A DNA stretch of 15,449 nt from Okeania sp. GTDB lineage: Bacteria; Cyanobacteriota; Cyanobacteriia; Cyanobacteriales; Microcoleaceae. Made by a program: the position numbers and the translations under genes. Under the pieces are notes generated by a model, which did not search any database, was not told where the DNA came from, and saw only the letters and a program-made list of their open reading frames with translations. Where the stretch lies: NCBI RefSeq assembly GCF_035285525.1, contig NZ_JAYKGW010000116.1, positions 1-15,449 of the forward strand. Direction: 5' to 3'. Positions 1 to 6,951 of this stretch are shown piece after piece; within the stretch, counting starts at the first letter, position 1; the number at the start of each line of letters is the position of its first letter.

Positions 1-130
1 CCAATCTACATCTACTTCCTATTCCCTTGATGTTGGGTTTCGTTCCTCAACCCAACCTACATCTACTTCCTATTCCCTTGATGTTGGGTTTCGTTCCTCA
101 ACCCAATCTACATCTACTATTCCTCTTAAC
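1..130. repeat. 51-bp tandem repeat, about 2.5 copies (starts 1, 52, 103). Each copy holds the hairpin GTTGGGTT-tcgttcctc-AACCCAAC. It lies 3' of the minus-strand CDS and is cut by the window edge.
   Basis: Direct reading: CCAA(T/C)CTACATCTACTTCCTATTCCCTTGATGTTGGGTTTCGTTCCTCAAC repeats with period 51. The 8-bp inverted arms are visible in each full copy. CTACTCC-type heptamers follow at about 139-158. Confidence 0.85.
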
Positions 131-158
131 TTTTTACTACTTCCTACTCCCTACTCCC

Positions 159-1187
159 TTATTTTGAAATAAAATGTACCCAGAAATTACCATCTGGCAT
201 ACAAATATTACGAATTAATCTATAAGAATAATGTAAATAAGCACCACTTAAGTCAGTACGATATCCAGTAGAAGACCATTCCCCATAAGGGTCATGGATA
301 AATAATCCTTCATTATCAAAACCAACACCAACAATTAGATGACCAAAAGAAGTAAAATAACTGTGTATAACTACAGGATTTTCTACTAATAACCAGTCTT
401 GAATTTCTGCAATAGTAGCGTTAGTTTTAAAATTATCTTGACATCCATAATCTCTAACAATTTTCACTAAATGATATGGATTATGACGACTGTAACCTTG
501 ACTTAAAGCATACTCATAAAGTTCGTCTTCAAATTTACCATAATTAGACTTACGATTAGTCTGTAAAAATTCTAAACATGAAGCGATTGAAGTAATATTA
601 GATAAACCTGCGGGATTATACCAATCATCTAGTTTTGGTTTGTAGGGAACTTTAATCCTGATATGTTCTGGTTTAGACTTAGGATGTACAATTTGATTTT
701 TTTCATAAATTTCTATGTGTTTTTCATGGATATACCAAACTCCTGTATTGTTATATTTATGGTCACGAAAAGCAATCCGGAAGTGGTTCCTAACTGGAAC
801 ATAAGCTAAAAGTTCAAACTCTTGGTCAGCAGAAATATGATGTTTTTCTAAATCAGTTAATTGAGAAGATTGAAGGGGTTTAGACTTAAGAATAGTATCT
901 TTTTTCGTTTTTAATACAATTGGAGTTGCAGGAATATTTGCTTCTTTGGCATCGAACAATTTTTTGATGGTTTTTTCTCCTAAATATCCTGGTTCACCAC
1001 TTTTTTGATGGACTTGAAACCGATGAAGTGCTGCTGTGGTTAATGGGCCAAATATACCATCTATTGGAGGGTTAAGCATATTTAGGTCAATGAGGATGGC
1101 CTGAATCTCGCAAGTGAGGTTTTCATCATCAGCAATTGTTTTTACGTCGTATTTAAGGTCTGTCCCCAGAAAGTCTTTGAGTTCCAT
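159..1187 (-). CDS. Peptidoglycan-binding (PG_binding_1-like) protein with a C-terminal papain-fold/C39-like peptidase-type domain
   Basis: 342-aa ORF. The N-terminal segment IQAILIDLNMLNPPIDGIFGPLTTAALHRFQ matches the PG_binding_1 repeat pattern (DGxFGxxT..A...FQ). The C-terminal 150 aa (..SIASCLEF.. / ..FGHLIVGVGFDNEGLFIHDPYGEW) resembles C39-like/peptidase_C39_2 domains. The domain call is by eye only. Confidence 0.6.
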   Translation of the reverse strand: MELKDFLGTDLKYDVKTIADDENLTCEIQAILIDLNMLNPPIDGIFGPLTTAALHRFQVHQKSGEPGYLGEKTIKKLFDAKEANIPATPIVLKTKKDTILKSKPLQSSQLTDLEKHHISADQEFELLAYVPVRNHFRIAFRDHKYNNTGVWYIHEKHIEIYEKNQIVHPKSKPEHIRIKVPYKPKLDDWYNPAGLSNITSIASCLEFLQTNRKSNYGKFEDELYEYALSQGYSRHNPYHLVKIVRDYGCQDNFKTNATIAEIQDWLLVENPVVIHSYFTSFGHLIVGVGFDNEGLFIHDPYGEWSSTGYRTDLSGAYLHYSYRLIRNICMPDGNFWVHFISK

Positions 1188-1251
1188 ATTAGGTTTTGAT
1201 AATAGGAAATAGTAATCAGGAGTTATAATATCTTATTTGGGGCAGCCTTTT

Positions 1252-1275
1252 CAGTTATCAGTTATCAGTTATCAG
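1252..1275. repeat. STRR-like heptamer array, CAGTTAT x3
   Basis: CAGTTATCAGTTATCAGTTATCAGCGAA read directly. It lies about 65 bp upstream of the minus-strand start codon at 1187. Confidence 0.9.
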
Positions 1276-1349
1276 CGAAGGAAGTAGAAAGTAAGGATAG
1301 GGAAGAGGAAATAGTGCGATTTTTCGGGAACCGTGCATCTTGCTCGCTT

Positions 1350-1521
1350 CTTGAGGATATGGCTCCCGTGGGTGTACCTCGCAAAAGCCAAGGTCAGAAA
1401 CCCGCTTTCTTAGAGAAACGGGGTTTCTGAGGATATGGCTCGCGTCTTGAGAATATGGCTCCCGTGGGTGTACGCAAAAATCAAGGTCAGAAACCCGGTT
1501 TTTTTAAGAAACTGGGTTTCT
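1350..1521. repeat. 96-bp direct repeat (copies start 1350 and 1446). Each copy ends in an AGAAACCCGGTTTCT-type hairpin (1396-1428 and 1489-1521).
   Basis: CTTGAG(G/A)ATATGGCTCCCGTGGGTGTAC..GCAAAA(G/A)(C/T)CAAGGTCAGAAACCCG.. occurs twice. A partial GAGGATATGGCTCGCGT lies between the copies. The second hairpin overlaps the stop codon of CDS 1504-2445. Confidence 0.85.
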
Positions 1522-2445
1522 CTTGCTCATCCCCATTATCAATATTTCTTTTTTTTCTCTACGTTTGAGGAAGGTGGCTCCAAAACCAATAACAGATAAA
1601 CCGATAAGTACGGAAGGTTCAGGAACATCATTAGGTGGTTGCGGTTTATTTGAAAAGCTATTCGCCTGAATAAATACAGCAGAATCAAGAACAGAATCTC
1701 CTGCATCAGCGATCGCTAACTTGATAGTATGAGTTCCAGCACTTAGTCCTAATGCTTGTGCAGTCAAAACTGTCGTAAAACCGTCATATTCTATATCATA
1801 AAACGGTCCACCATCATTGAGGTCATTATTTTTAAAGAACTGTTGGTTACTAGCTCCATATCCTAGAGGATCACCTCCATTAACTGTATTGATTGCAACT
1901 GGAGTATCTGTACCTGGAATCAGAGCAATGTTCTCTCCATTTACAAAGAAACCAAACACATCATTAAATTCAGTGTTAGTATATTCGTTGTATTCTTCAG
2001 AAGCAAATACATAATTGAAGAAAACATCTCCTCCTTCGGTTGTAAAGTCAAACTCCAAAACAGTTGCATCATTAGTGGTGTAACCTGGAATCAAGCTATC
2101 CAACTCAGTATCTCCAGACAATCCATTGTTAGTAGTTGTATTATCTGCATTATTAGGACCTTCTGCATCTTTTGCCTTACCTGTAGTCAGAATAATGCCT
2201 TCATTAATACCAATTCCAGAAGATAATCCATCTGTAAAAGTTCCTACTGCATCTGCCGCACCTGTATAGATGATAGAATCCGGTACAACTGTGATTCCAC
2301 TGCCAAGAATTTCATTTACTAAAGTTTCCCTATTGTTAGTGGGAGTTATAGAAATTGCCTGAGCTATAGTTGTTCCACTAAAAGAAAAGAGAGCTGTCCC
2401 CGCAACAGTCATTGCGAGTTTGTTCAAAAGTTTTGAGGTAGTCAT
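1504..2445 (-). CDS. Secreted choice-of-anchor-L domain protein with a PEP-CTERM sorting signal
   Basis: 313-aa ORF with an N-terminal signal-like segment (LAMTVAGTALFSFSGTTIAQA). The core GDTELDSL...DATVLEFDFTTEGGDVFFNYVFASEEYNEYTNTEFNDVFGFFVNGENIAL..INTVNGG fits the choice-of-anchor L family. The C-terminus VPEPSVLIGLSVIGFGATFLKRREKK has the PEP motif, a TM helix and a basic cluster. The last 11 or so codons and the stop lie in a dispersed repeat. Confidence 0.85.
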   Translation of the reverse strand: MTTSKLLNKLAMTVAGTALFSFSGTTIAQAISITPTNNRETLVNEILGSGITVVPDSIIYTGAADAVGTFTDGLSSGIGINEGIILTTGKAKDAEGPNNADNTTTNNGLSGDTELDSLIPGYTTNDATVLEFDFTTEGGDVFFNYVFASEEYNEYTNTEFNDVFGFFVNGENIALIPGTDTPVAINTVNGGDPLGYGASNQQFFKNNDLNDGGPFYDIEYDGFTTVLTAQALGLSAGTHTIKLAIADAGDSVLDSAVFIQANSFSNKPQPPNDVPEPSVLIGLSVIGFGATFLKRREKKEILIMGMSKRNPVS

Positions 2446-2480
2446 AGCCTGGTTTATCTGGTAGATTGTATTTTGATTGT

Positions 2481-2571
2481 CAGGACTTACAGAAAGGTAC
2501 TATATGTAGAGTTAAAAAACTATTGCACAATAGTTTTAAGCGCTATATCTAGGGCCGCTGCGTAAGTCCTG
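2481..2571. mobile_element. 91-bp MITE-like palindromic element, copy 1 (TIR CAGGACTTAC...GTAAGTCCTG)
   Basis: It aligns over its full length with 8177-8267. It has terminal inverted repeats and an internal AAAACTA..TAGTTTT hairpin. There is no coding capacity. Confidence 0.8.
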
Positions 2572-2887
2572 TGTTTAAGAAGTGGGAACTTAATAAAATA
2601 CTAATGTATTAGGCTTCTTTACTAATCTACAATTAATACTCTATTTATTTACCATTTCCTTATAAAATCAATCTATCTTTTCTCTTTTAATATCCGCAAC
2701 CCTCTTTTATTGACTTTACTGAAATTTAAAGATTGAATAAATTTTGAATTTCTATTAACATGATTCATGTTTTTTGACACAAAAACTGGTGTGTTTTTTA
2801 GGGGGAGTAAAAAAAGCTAAAACCTTTATATATAAGCTTTTTGAGCCTATAAATCAAGCCATAATTGATCTGCTCAAGGGTTTTTAT

Positions 2888-3015
2888 TAGTGGACTTGGC
2901 TGAGTTTTTTTATGGTTAAAAGTAGTGGATTTGGCTGAGTTTTTTCATGGTTAAAAGTAGTGGATTTGGCTGAGTTTTTATGGTTAAAAGTAGTGGATTT
3001 AGTGGAGGGTTTTTA
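2888..3015. repeat. Tandem repeat of about 35 bp, about 3.6 copies (TAGTGGATTTGGCTGAGTTTTTTCATGGTTAAAAG)
   Basis: Copies start at 2888, 2923, 2958 and 2991 (periods 35, 35, 33). It lies in the 800-bp spacer upstream of the PEP-CTERM gene. Confidence 0.9.
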
Positions 3016-3171
3016 GTATTTAAGTAAGCATTCAACCTTTAGCTATCAGCTATTGGTTATAGAATATTTTCCCCAACTAAAGCTCTTAAGTCGTCTTCAA
3101 GATGACTAAGTAAGTGTCAACCATTGTGGGTTATTCATCGCTCTCAAAAATTAGCGATCACGCCCGACGAG

Positions 3172-3248
3172 ACTCAGAAACCCGGTTTCTTAAAAAAACC
3201 GGGTTTCTCTTGCTCATCCCCATTATTCATTATTCATTATTCATTATC
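3172..3248. repeat. Dispersed hairpin element ACTCAGAAACCCGGTTTCTTAAAAAAACCGGGTTTCTCTTGCTCATCCCCATTAT followed by heptamer array CATTATT x4. It sits immediately 3' of the M16 peptidase gene and may act as a terminator or RNA-stability hairpin.
   Basis: A 13-bp stem (AGAAACCCGGTTT / AAACCGGGTTTCT) spans 3176-3208. The same hairpin plus CTCTTGCTCATCCCCATTAT tail recurs at 1489-1539. Heptamers at 3221-3248 abut the stop codon (3248-3250). No U-tract follows, so a terminator role is unproven. Confidence 0.8.
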
Positions 3249-4555
3249 TATCTACTCCTTACTTTAGGTACAAACGTTACTAACCTGTAAGCATTAACAG
3301 ATAAATATTTTAATGCTGCTTGTTGAATATCTGATGAGTCAAGCGCCTGAATATTCTGAGGATAATTGAGTGCTGCTCCTAAATCTCCGATCATTGACTG
3401 ATAGTAACCATATAAATTTGCGCGATCGCTTGGTGTCTCATTCGCAAAAATAAACCTATTCGCTACCAATGTCCGAATACGTTTCATTTCTGTTTCTGTT
3501 ACTGACTCTTGTTGGATAGTATGAATGTGATGAGCGATCGCTGTTTCGACTTCAGCTAAATTTTGTTCTGGCAGTCTAGCGGAGATATAGAAAACACCTT
3601 GATAACGATAACTTGTATTACTGACGCCAATAGAAAAAACCAAACCTCTTTCTTCCCTTAAGTCACACACTAGACGAGATGTTTTCCCCCGACTCAAAAT
3701 AGTTGCTAACACATCTAAGGCATAAGTTTCTTGTAACTGGGTTAACCCAGGTACACGCCAAATCATGGTTAATCTTGCTTGTTGAAGAGCGTCATCAACC
3801 ACTTCATGGCGGACTATTTTTGTAAAAGGTGATTCTGGTGTAAGGTTAATTTTAGGTGATGGTGATCTTGGTGAAACATTTTTACCATTGTTCGCTTCTG
3901 CAAATGAATCTGTAACTATATCAATTAATTCTTCTACTGGTAAATTACCGACTACCGCAGCAGTCATAGAATTAGGTTGATAGCAACTTTGGTGAAAATC
4001 ACGCATTTGTTGAGCTTGTAGTTGAGAAATAATTTCTGCTGTCCCTAATACTTGACGACGATAAGGCAATTTTTCAAAGGCAGTTTCAATGACTTTTCGA
4101 TAACAACGACGATTAAGGTTGTCATTTGAGCGCCGGATTTCTTCAAGTACAACAGAGCGCTCTCTTTCAAAATCATCATCAGCAATACTGGGGTTCAGTA
4201 GCACTTCCCATTGCAAAGGTGCTAATTTAGCAAAGTCTTTAGGAGCGCTGGTGATGTAAAAATGGGTGTATTCTTGACTGGTGGCAGCGTTCATTACAGC
4301 ACCTTTTTGTTCGACTAAACGTTCAAATTCTCCACTAGGAAGTTTGGGAGTACCTTTGAAAATTATATGTTCCAGAAAATGGGCCATGCCATTGATGGAT
4401 TCGGTTTCGATGGCAGAACCAATATTAAGCCAAATATTGAGATTGACAGCTTCAACTGGCAGGTGTTCGGCAATTATGGTTAGTCCATTGGGTAGTTGAC
4501 GAATAGTTGGGGCGTTGAGGGATTTGATGGTTGATGGTACTAAAGTTGAGGTCAT
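3248..4555 (-). CDS. M16 family (pitrilysin/insulinase-like) zinc metallopeptidase
   Basis: 435-aa ORF with the inverted zinc-binding motif HxxEH in GMAHFLEHIIFKGT. A downstream Glu-rich segment (VVLEEIRR) is typical of active M16B subunits. Length and two-domain layout are consistent with this family. Confidence 0.9.
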   Translation of the reverse strand: MTSTLVPSTIKSLNAPTIRQLPNGLTIIAEHLPVEAVNLNIWLNIGSAIETESINGMAHFLEHIIFKGTPKLPSGEFERLVEQKGAVMNAATSQEYTHFYITSAPKDFAKLAPLQWEVLLNPSIADDDFERERSVVLEEIRRSNDNLNRRCYRKVIETAFEKLPYRRQVLGTAEIISQLQAQQMRDFHQSCYQPNSMTAAVVGNLPVEELIDIVTDSFAEANNGKNVSPRSPSPKINLTPESPFTKIVRHEVVDDALQQARLTMIWRVPGLTQLQETYALDVLATILSRGKTSRLVCDLREERGLVFSIGVSNTSYRYQGVFYISARLPEQNLAEVETAIAHHIHTIQQESVTETEMKRIRTLVANRFIFANETPSDRANLYGYYQSMIGDLGAALNYPQNIQALDSSDIQQAALKYLSVNAYRLVTFVPKVRSR

Positions 4556-4688
4556 TTTTTAGTTATTAGTTATCAGCTTTTGTCTTCCTAATATATAGCA
4601 GAAGGAAAGTAGGATAAGAAAGACTTAAAAAGACTCAGAAATCAGGTTTCTCTAACTACTGGATTGTTTCACCTAAAATAGTGCATTA

Positions 4689-4753
4689 GTAGGGGCGGGT
4701 TTTACCCAGAATTTTCATGGTTACTTCAAGATTTATATAAACCCGCCCCCTAG
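4689..4753. repeat. REP/REPIN-like hairpin element, GC-type (GTAGGGGCGGGTTT...AAACCCGCCCCC)
   Basis: The 11-bp arms GGGGCGGGTTT and AAACCCGCCCC are separated by about 40 nt, with a 5' GTAG. It belongs to the same family as 6873-6937 and 13701-13766. Confidence 0.85.
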
Positions 4754-4760
4754 GAAAGTT

Positions 4761-4885
4761 GGCTATATCATTAGGGGCTGGTTTAGCTAACTTAATGGGT
4801 GAAAACTCGTTGTACGGACGTATCACTGCTCGACATGAAACGCATTTTTGTTATGCAACGTCCCTAGGGTCAAACCTTCCCCTAC
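4761..4885. repeat. Degenerate REP-like hairpin (AGGGGCTGGTTTAGCTAACTTA...CAAACCTTCCCCTAC) whose loop is interrupted by a 54-bp nested palindromic insert (4813-4866)
   Basis: GCTATATCATTAGGGGCTGGTTTAGCTAACTTAATGGGTGAAAACTC aligns with 6944-6990 and 7008-7046. The extra segment TACGGACGT...ACGTCCCTA has its own inverted ends and is absent from the intact copies. Confidence 0.7.
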
Positions 4886-4905
4886 GCTGCCTTTCTCATT
4901 TACAG

Positions 4906-4990
4906 TTTTAGATGAAACAGTCCACTACATAAGGAGCGTTGGTGCGTTAAGCTACCGCTAACGTACCTTACTGGACTATTTCATCTAAAA
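4906..4990. repeat. Long imperfect inverted repeat (19-bp arms, 18/19 match). The right arm belongs to a 32-bp direct repeat found at 4658-4689 and 4970-5001.
   Basis: TTTTAGATGAAACAGTCCA (4906-4924) pairs with TGGACTATTTCATCTAAAA (4972-4990). An inner GGTGCGTTAAGC/GCTAACGTACC pairing is also present. The direct repeat is ACTGGA(T/C)T(G/A)TTTCA(C/T)CTAAAATAGTGCATTAG. Confidence 0.8.
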
Positions 4991-5019
4991 TAGTGCATTA
5001 GCTTTTAACTTGAAAATTC

Positions 5020-5131
5020 TTAATAGACATCTCCAAAAATAAAAAATTAAATCAATTCTTATCCATAAATTATCAATTATTTCTTCCTGTTCCCTGTTAA
5101 GTGTTCCCTCTTTTCTGGAGATGTCTAATGC
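5020..5131. repeat. Inverted repeat with a 12-bp perfect core (TAGACATCTCCA / TGGAGATGTCTA) separated by 80 bp of AT-rich DNA. It is flanked by an outer inverted pair of the 17-mer CTAAAATAGTGCATTAG (4985-5001 versus 5143-5159).
   Basis: Read directly. The cores lie at 5024-5035 and 5116-5127. The reverse complement of 5143-5159 is CTAAAATGGTGTATTAG, a 15/17 match. Confidence 0.75.
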
Positions 5132-5180
5132 ATGAATTCAATCTAATACACCATTTTAGCTGTGTCAGTCTACTACTAGA

Positions 5181-5199
5181 ACTCAGAAACCCGGTTTCT
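5181..5199. repeat. Single copy of the palindromic element ACTCAGAAACCCGGTTTCT. Degenerate copies occur at 4633-4651 and just downstream.
   Basis: Same prefix and palindrome as at 3172-3190. Confidence 0.8.
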
Positions 5200-5331
5200 T
5201 TTGCTTGGTTTCTCTAGCTCGGGTTTGTCAGTAAATTTTCCTACACAGATGAAATTTAGCCCCATTTCCTTGCCATTAACTAAAAGGACAGTTTATATTA
5301 ATATTTAGTTAAGAAATGTTAATATAATCTC

Positions 5332-6876
5332 ATGTCCTTGAAAAAGACTATACAAAAATCAAAAATTGTGGTATGTGGCGCGGGTATTGGTGGCCTCACT
5401 ACAGCAGCATTATTGGCCAAGCGAGGCTACGAAGTCCAGATATTTGACCAAGCGATTGTTCCTGGCGGTTGTGCTTCAACTTTCAAACGACGGGGTTTCA
5501 CTTTTGATGTTGGTGCCACTCAAGTGGCAGGTTTGGAACCTGGTGGCATTCATCACCGTATTTTCTCAGAATTGGAAATAGACATCCCGAACGCTACCCA
5601 TTGCGATCCTGCTTGTGCGGTATTTCTCCCTGGTGAAATTGAACCTATAAGCGTTTGGCGCGACCCCAAAAAATGGCAGTCAGAAAGACAACGACAATTT
5701 CCTGGAAGCGAACCTTTTTGGCAGTTAATGACTAAACTGTTTGAGGCAAGTTGGAAGTTTCAAGGACGGGATCCAGTTTTGCCTCCGCGAAATATCTGGG
5801 ATATATGGCAGTTAGTGAAAGCATTGCGTCCGGATACTTTAATTACAGTGCCTTTTACTTTAATGACGGTAGCAGATGCGTTGCGGTTGTATGGTTTATA
5901 TGATAATCTGCGGTTGAAAACTTTTTTAGATTTACAACTGAAACTTTATTCTCAAGTTGGCACGGAGGAAACAGCTTTACTTTATGCTGCTACTGCTTTA
6001 GCTGTTTCTCAAGCTCCTCAAGGTTTGTATCATCTTGAGGGGAGTATGCAGGTTTTGAGCGATCGCCTAGTTGCAGCTCTAGAAAGAGATGGAGGTAAGT
6101 TATTCATGGGTCATACTGTTGAACAGATATATACAGATAATGGCAAAGCTAATGGGGTGAAAATTAGAAATCAGAAAACTGGGGAAACTTGGGTAGAAAC
6201 TGCTGATCATGTTGTGGCAAATGTCACTGTACAAAATTTAGTGAAATTAGTGGCAGAGGAAAATAGAGCCCATACTTCACACCCAATACCTGGTTACAAA
6301 CGCCGAGTTGATAAGCTTCCGTCTCCCTGGGGTGCATTTGTGGTCTATTTGGGAGTTGATGAGAGCGCTATTCCCAAAAATTGTCCGCCTCATTTGCAAT
6401 TTTTCTATGATTATGACGGCCCTATTGGGGAAAATAATTCTTTGTTTGTGTCGGTGAGTCATCCGGGAGACGGTCGCGCCCCTGATGGTAAAGCGACAAT
6501 TACTGCTTCTAGTTTTACCGATATTCAGATTTGGCGACATTGTAAAGATTATCAGGAGTTGAAGCAGAAATATACAGAAGAAGCGATCGCTCGTTTAAGT
6601 GGATATTTTGATTTAAAACCAGAAATGATAGTTCATCAGGAAGCTGGAACACCTCGTACTTTTGTGAAATTTACGGCACGGGATGAGGGCATTGTTGGCG
6701 GTGTTGGTCAACGTGTGGCAAATTTCGGACCTTTTGGAATTGCGAATCGAACACCTATTCAGGATTTGTGGTTAGTGGGAGATTCGACTCATCCGGGAGA
6801 GGGTACAGCGGGGGTGTCTTATTCAGCGTTAACTGTAGTGCGACAGATTGAAAAAGTAGGAAGTAGGAATATGTAG
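5332..6876 (+). CDS. crtD: FAD-dependent oxidoreductase of the phytoene-desaturase (CrtI) superfamily, most like cyanobacterial carotenoid C-3',4' desaturase CrtD
   Basis: 514-aa ORF. It has an N-terminal Rossmann dinucleotide motif VVCGAGIGGLTTAALLAKRG..E....PGG. CASTFKRRGFTFDVGATQVAGLEPGGIH and the C-terminal WLVGDSTHPGEGTAGVSYSA are patterns I associate with CrtD-type rather than CrtH/CrtISO-type enzymes. The subfamily assignment is from memory and is not verified. Confidence 0.7.
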   Translation: MSLKKTIQKSKIVVCGAGIGGLTTAALLAKRGYEVQIFDQAIVPGGCASTFKRRGFTFDVGATQVAGLEPGGIHHRIFSELEIDIPNATHCDPACAVFLPGEIEPISVWRDPKKWQSERQRQFPGSEPFWQLMTKLFEASWKFQGRDPVLPPRNIWDIWQLVKALRPDTLITVPFTLMTVADALRLYGLYDNLRLKTFLDLQLKLYSQVGTEETALLYAATALAVSQAPQGLYHLEGSMQVLSDRLVAALERDGGKLFMGHTVEQIYTDNGKANGVKIRNQKTGETWVETADHVVANVTVQNLVKLVAEENRAHTSHPIPGYKRRVDKLPSPWGAFVVYLGVDESAIPKNCPPHLQFFYDYDGPIGENNSLFVSVSHPGDGRAPDGKATITASSFTDIQIWRHCKDYQELKQKYTEEAIARLSGYFDLKPEMIVHQEAGTPRTFVKFTARDEGIVGGVGQRVANFGPFGIANRTPIQDLWLVGDSTHPGEGTAGVSYSALTVVRQIEKVGSRNM

Positions 6877-6937
6877 GGGCGGGTTTCACCAGAAATTTTC
6901 ATGGCTACTCTAGGGTTTACACAAACCCGCCCCGTTA
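6873..6937. repeat. REP/REPIN-like hairpin, GC-type. Its GTAG overlaps the crtD stop codon.
   Basis: GTAGGGGCGGGTTTCACCAGAAATTTTCATGG...ACACAAACCCGCCCCGTTAG. The stop codon TAG at 6874-6876 is the TAG of the conserved GTAG. Confidence 0.9.
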
Positions 6938-6951
6938 GAGGGTGCGCTATA

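Noticed and set aside
1817-2014. 65-aa plus-strand ORF
   Set aside because: It is fully embedded antisense in the well-supported choice-of-anchor-L CDS. It has no recognisable motifs and is likely a frame artefact.
3176-3208. Calling the AGAAACCCGGTTT/AAACCGGGTTTCT hairpins canonical Rho-independent terminators
   Set aside because: The stems are good, but neither strand has a following U-tract. The minus strand reads ..GGGTTTCTGAGTCTCG. The same element also occurs upstream of genes (4637, 5185). It is kept as a repeat with a possible terminator or stability role only.
4281-4499. 72-aa plus-strand ORF
   Set aside because: It lies antisense within the M16 peptidase CDS and has no motifs or start context.
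4800-4960. A possible structured ncRNA (6S, SRP or riboswitch-like) in the M16/crtD spacer
   Set aside because: I found no conserved motifs of known RNA families. The stems are explained by nested palindromic repeat elements (a REP arm, a 54-bp insert and arms of the 32-mer).
5323-5328. TATAAT hexamer as the crtD promoter -10 box
   Set aside because: It ends only 3 nt before the ATG at 5332, so a TSS 6-8 nt downstream would fall inside the coding sequence. In DNA this AT-rich, a chance TATAAT is likely.
5366-5581. 71-aa plus-strand ORF in an alternative frame
   Set aside because: It overlaps the N-terminal Rossmann-fold region of the crtD-like CDS in another frame. The crtD frame carries the conserved motifs.
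6277-6540. 87-aa minus-strand ORF
   Set aside because: It lies antisense inside the crtD-like CDS and has no recognisable features.
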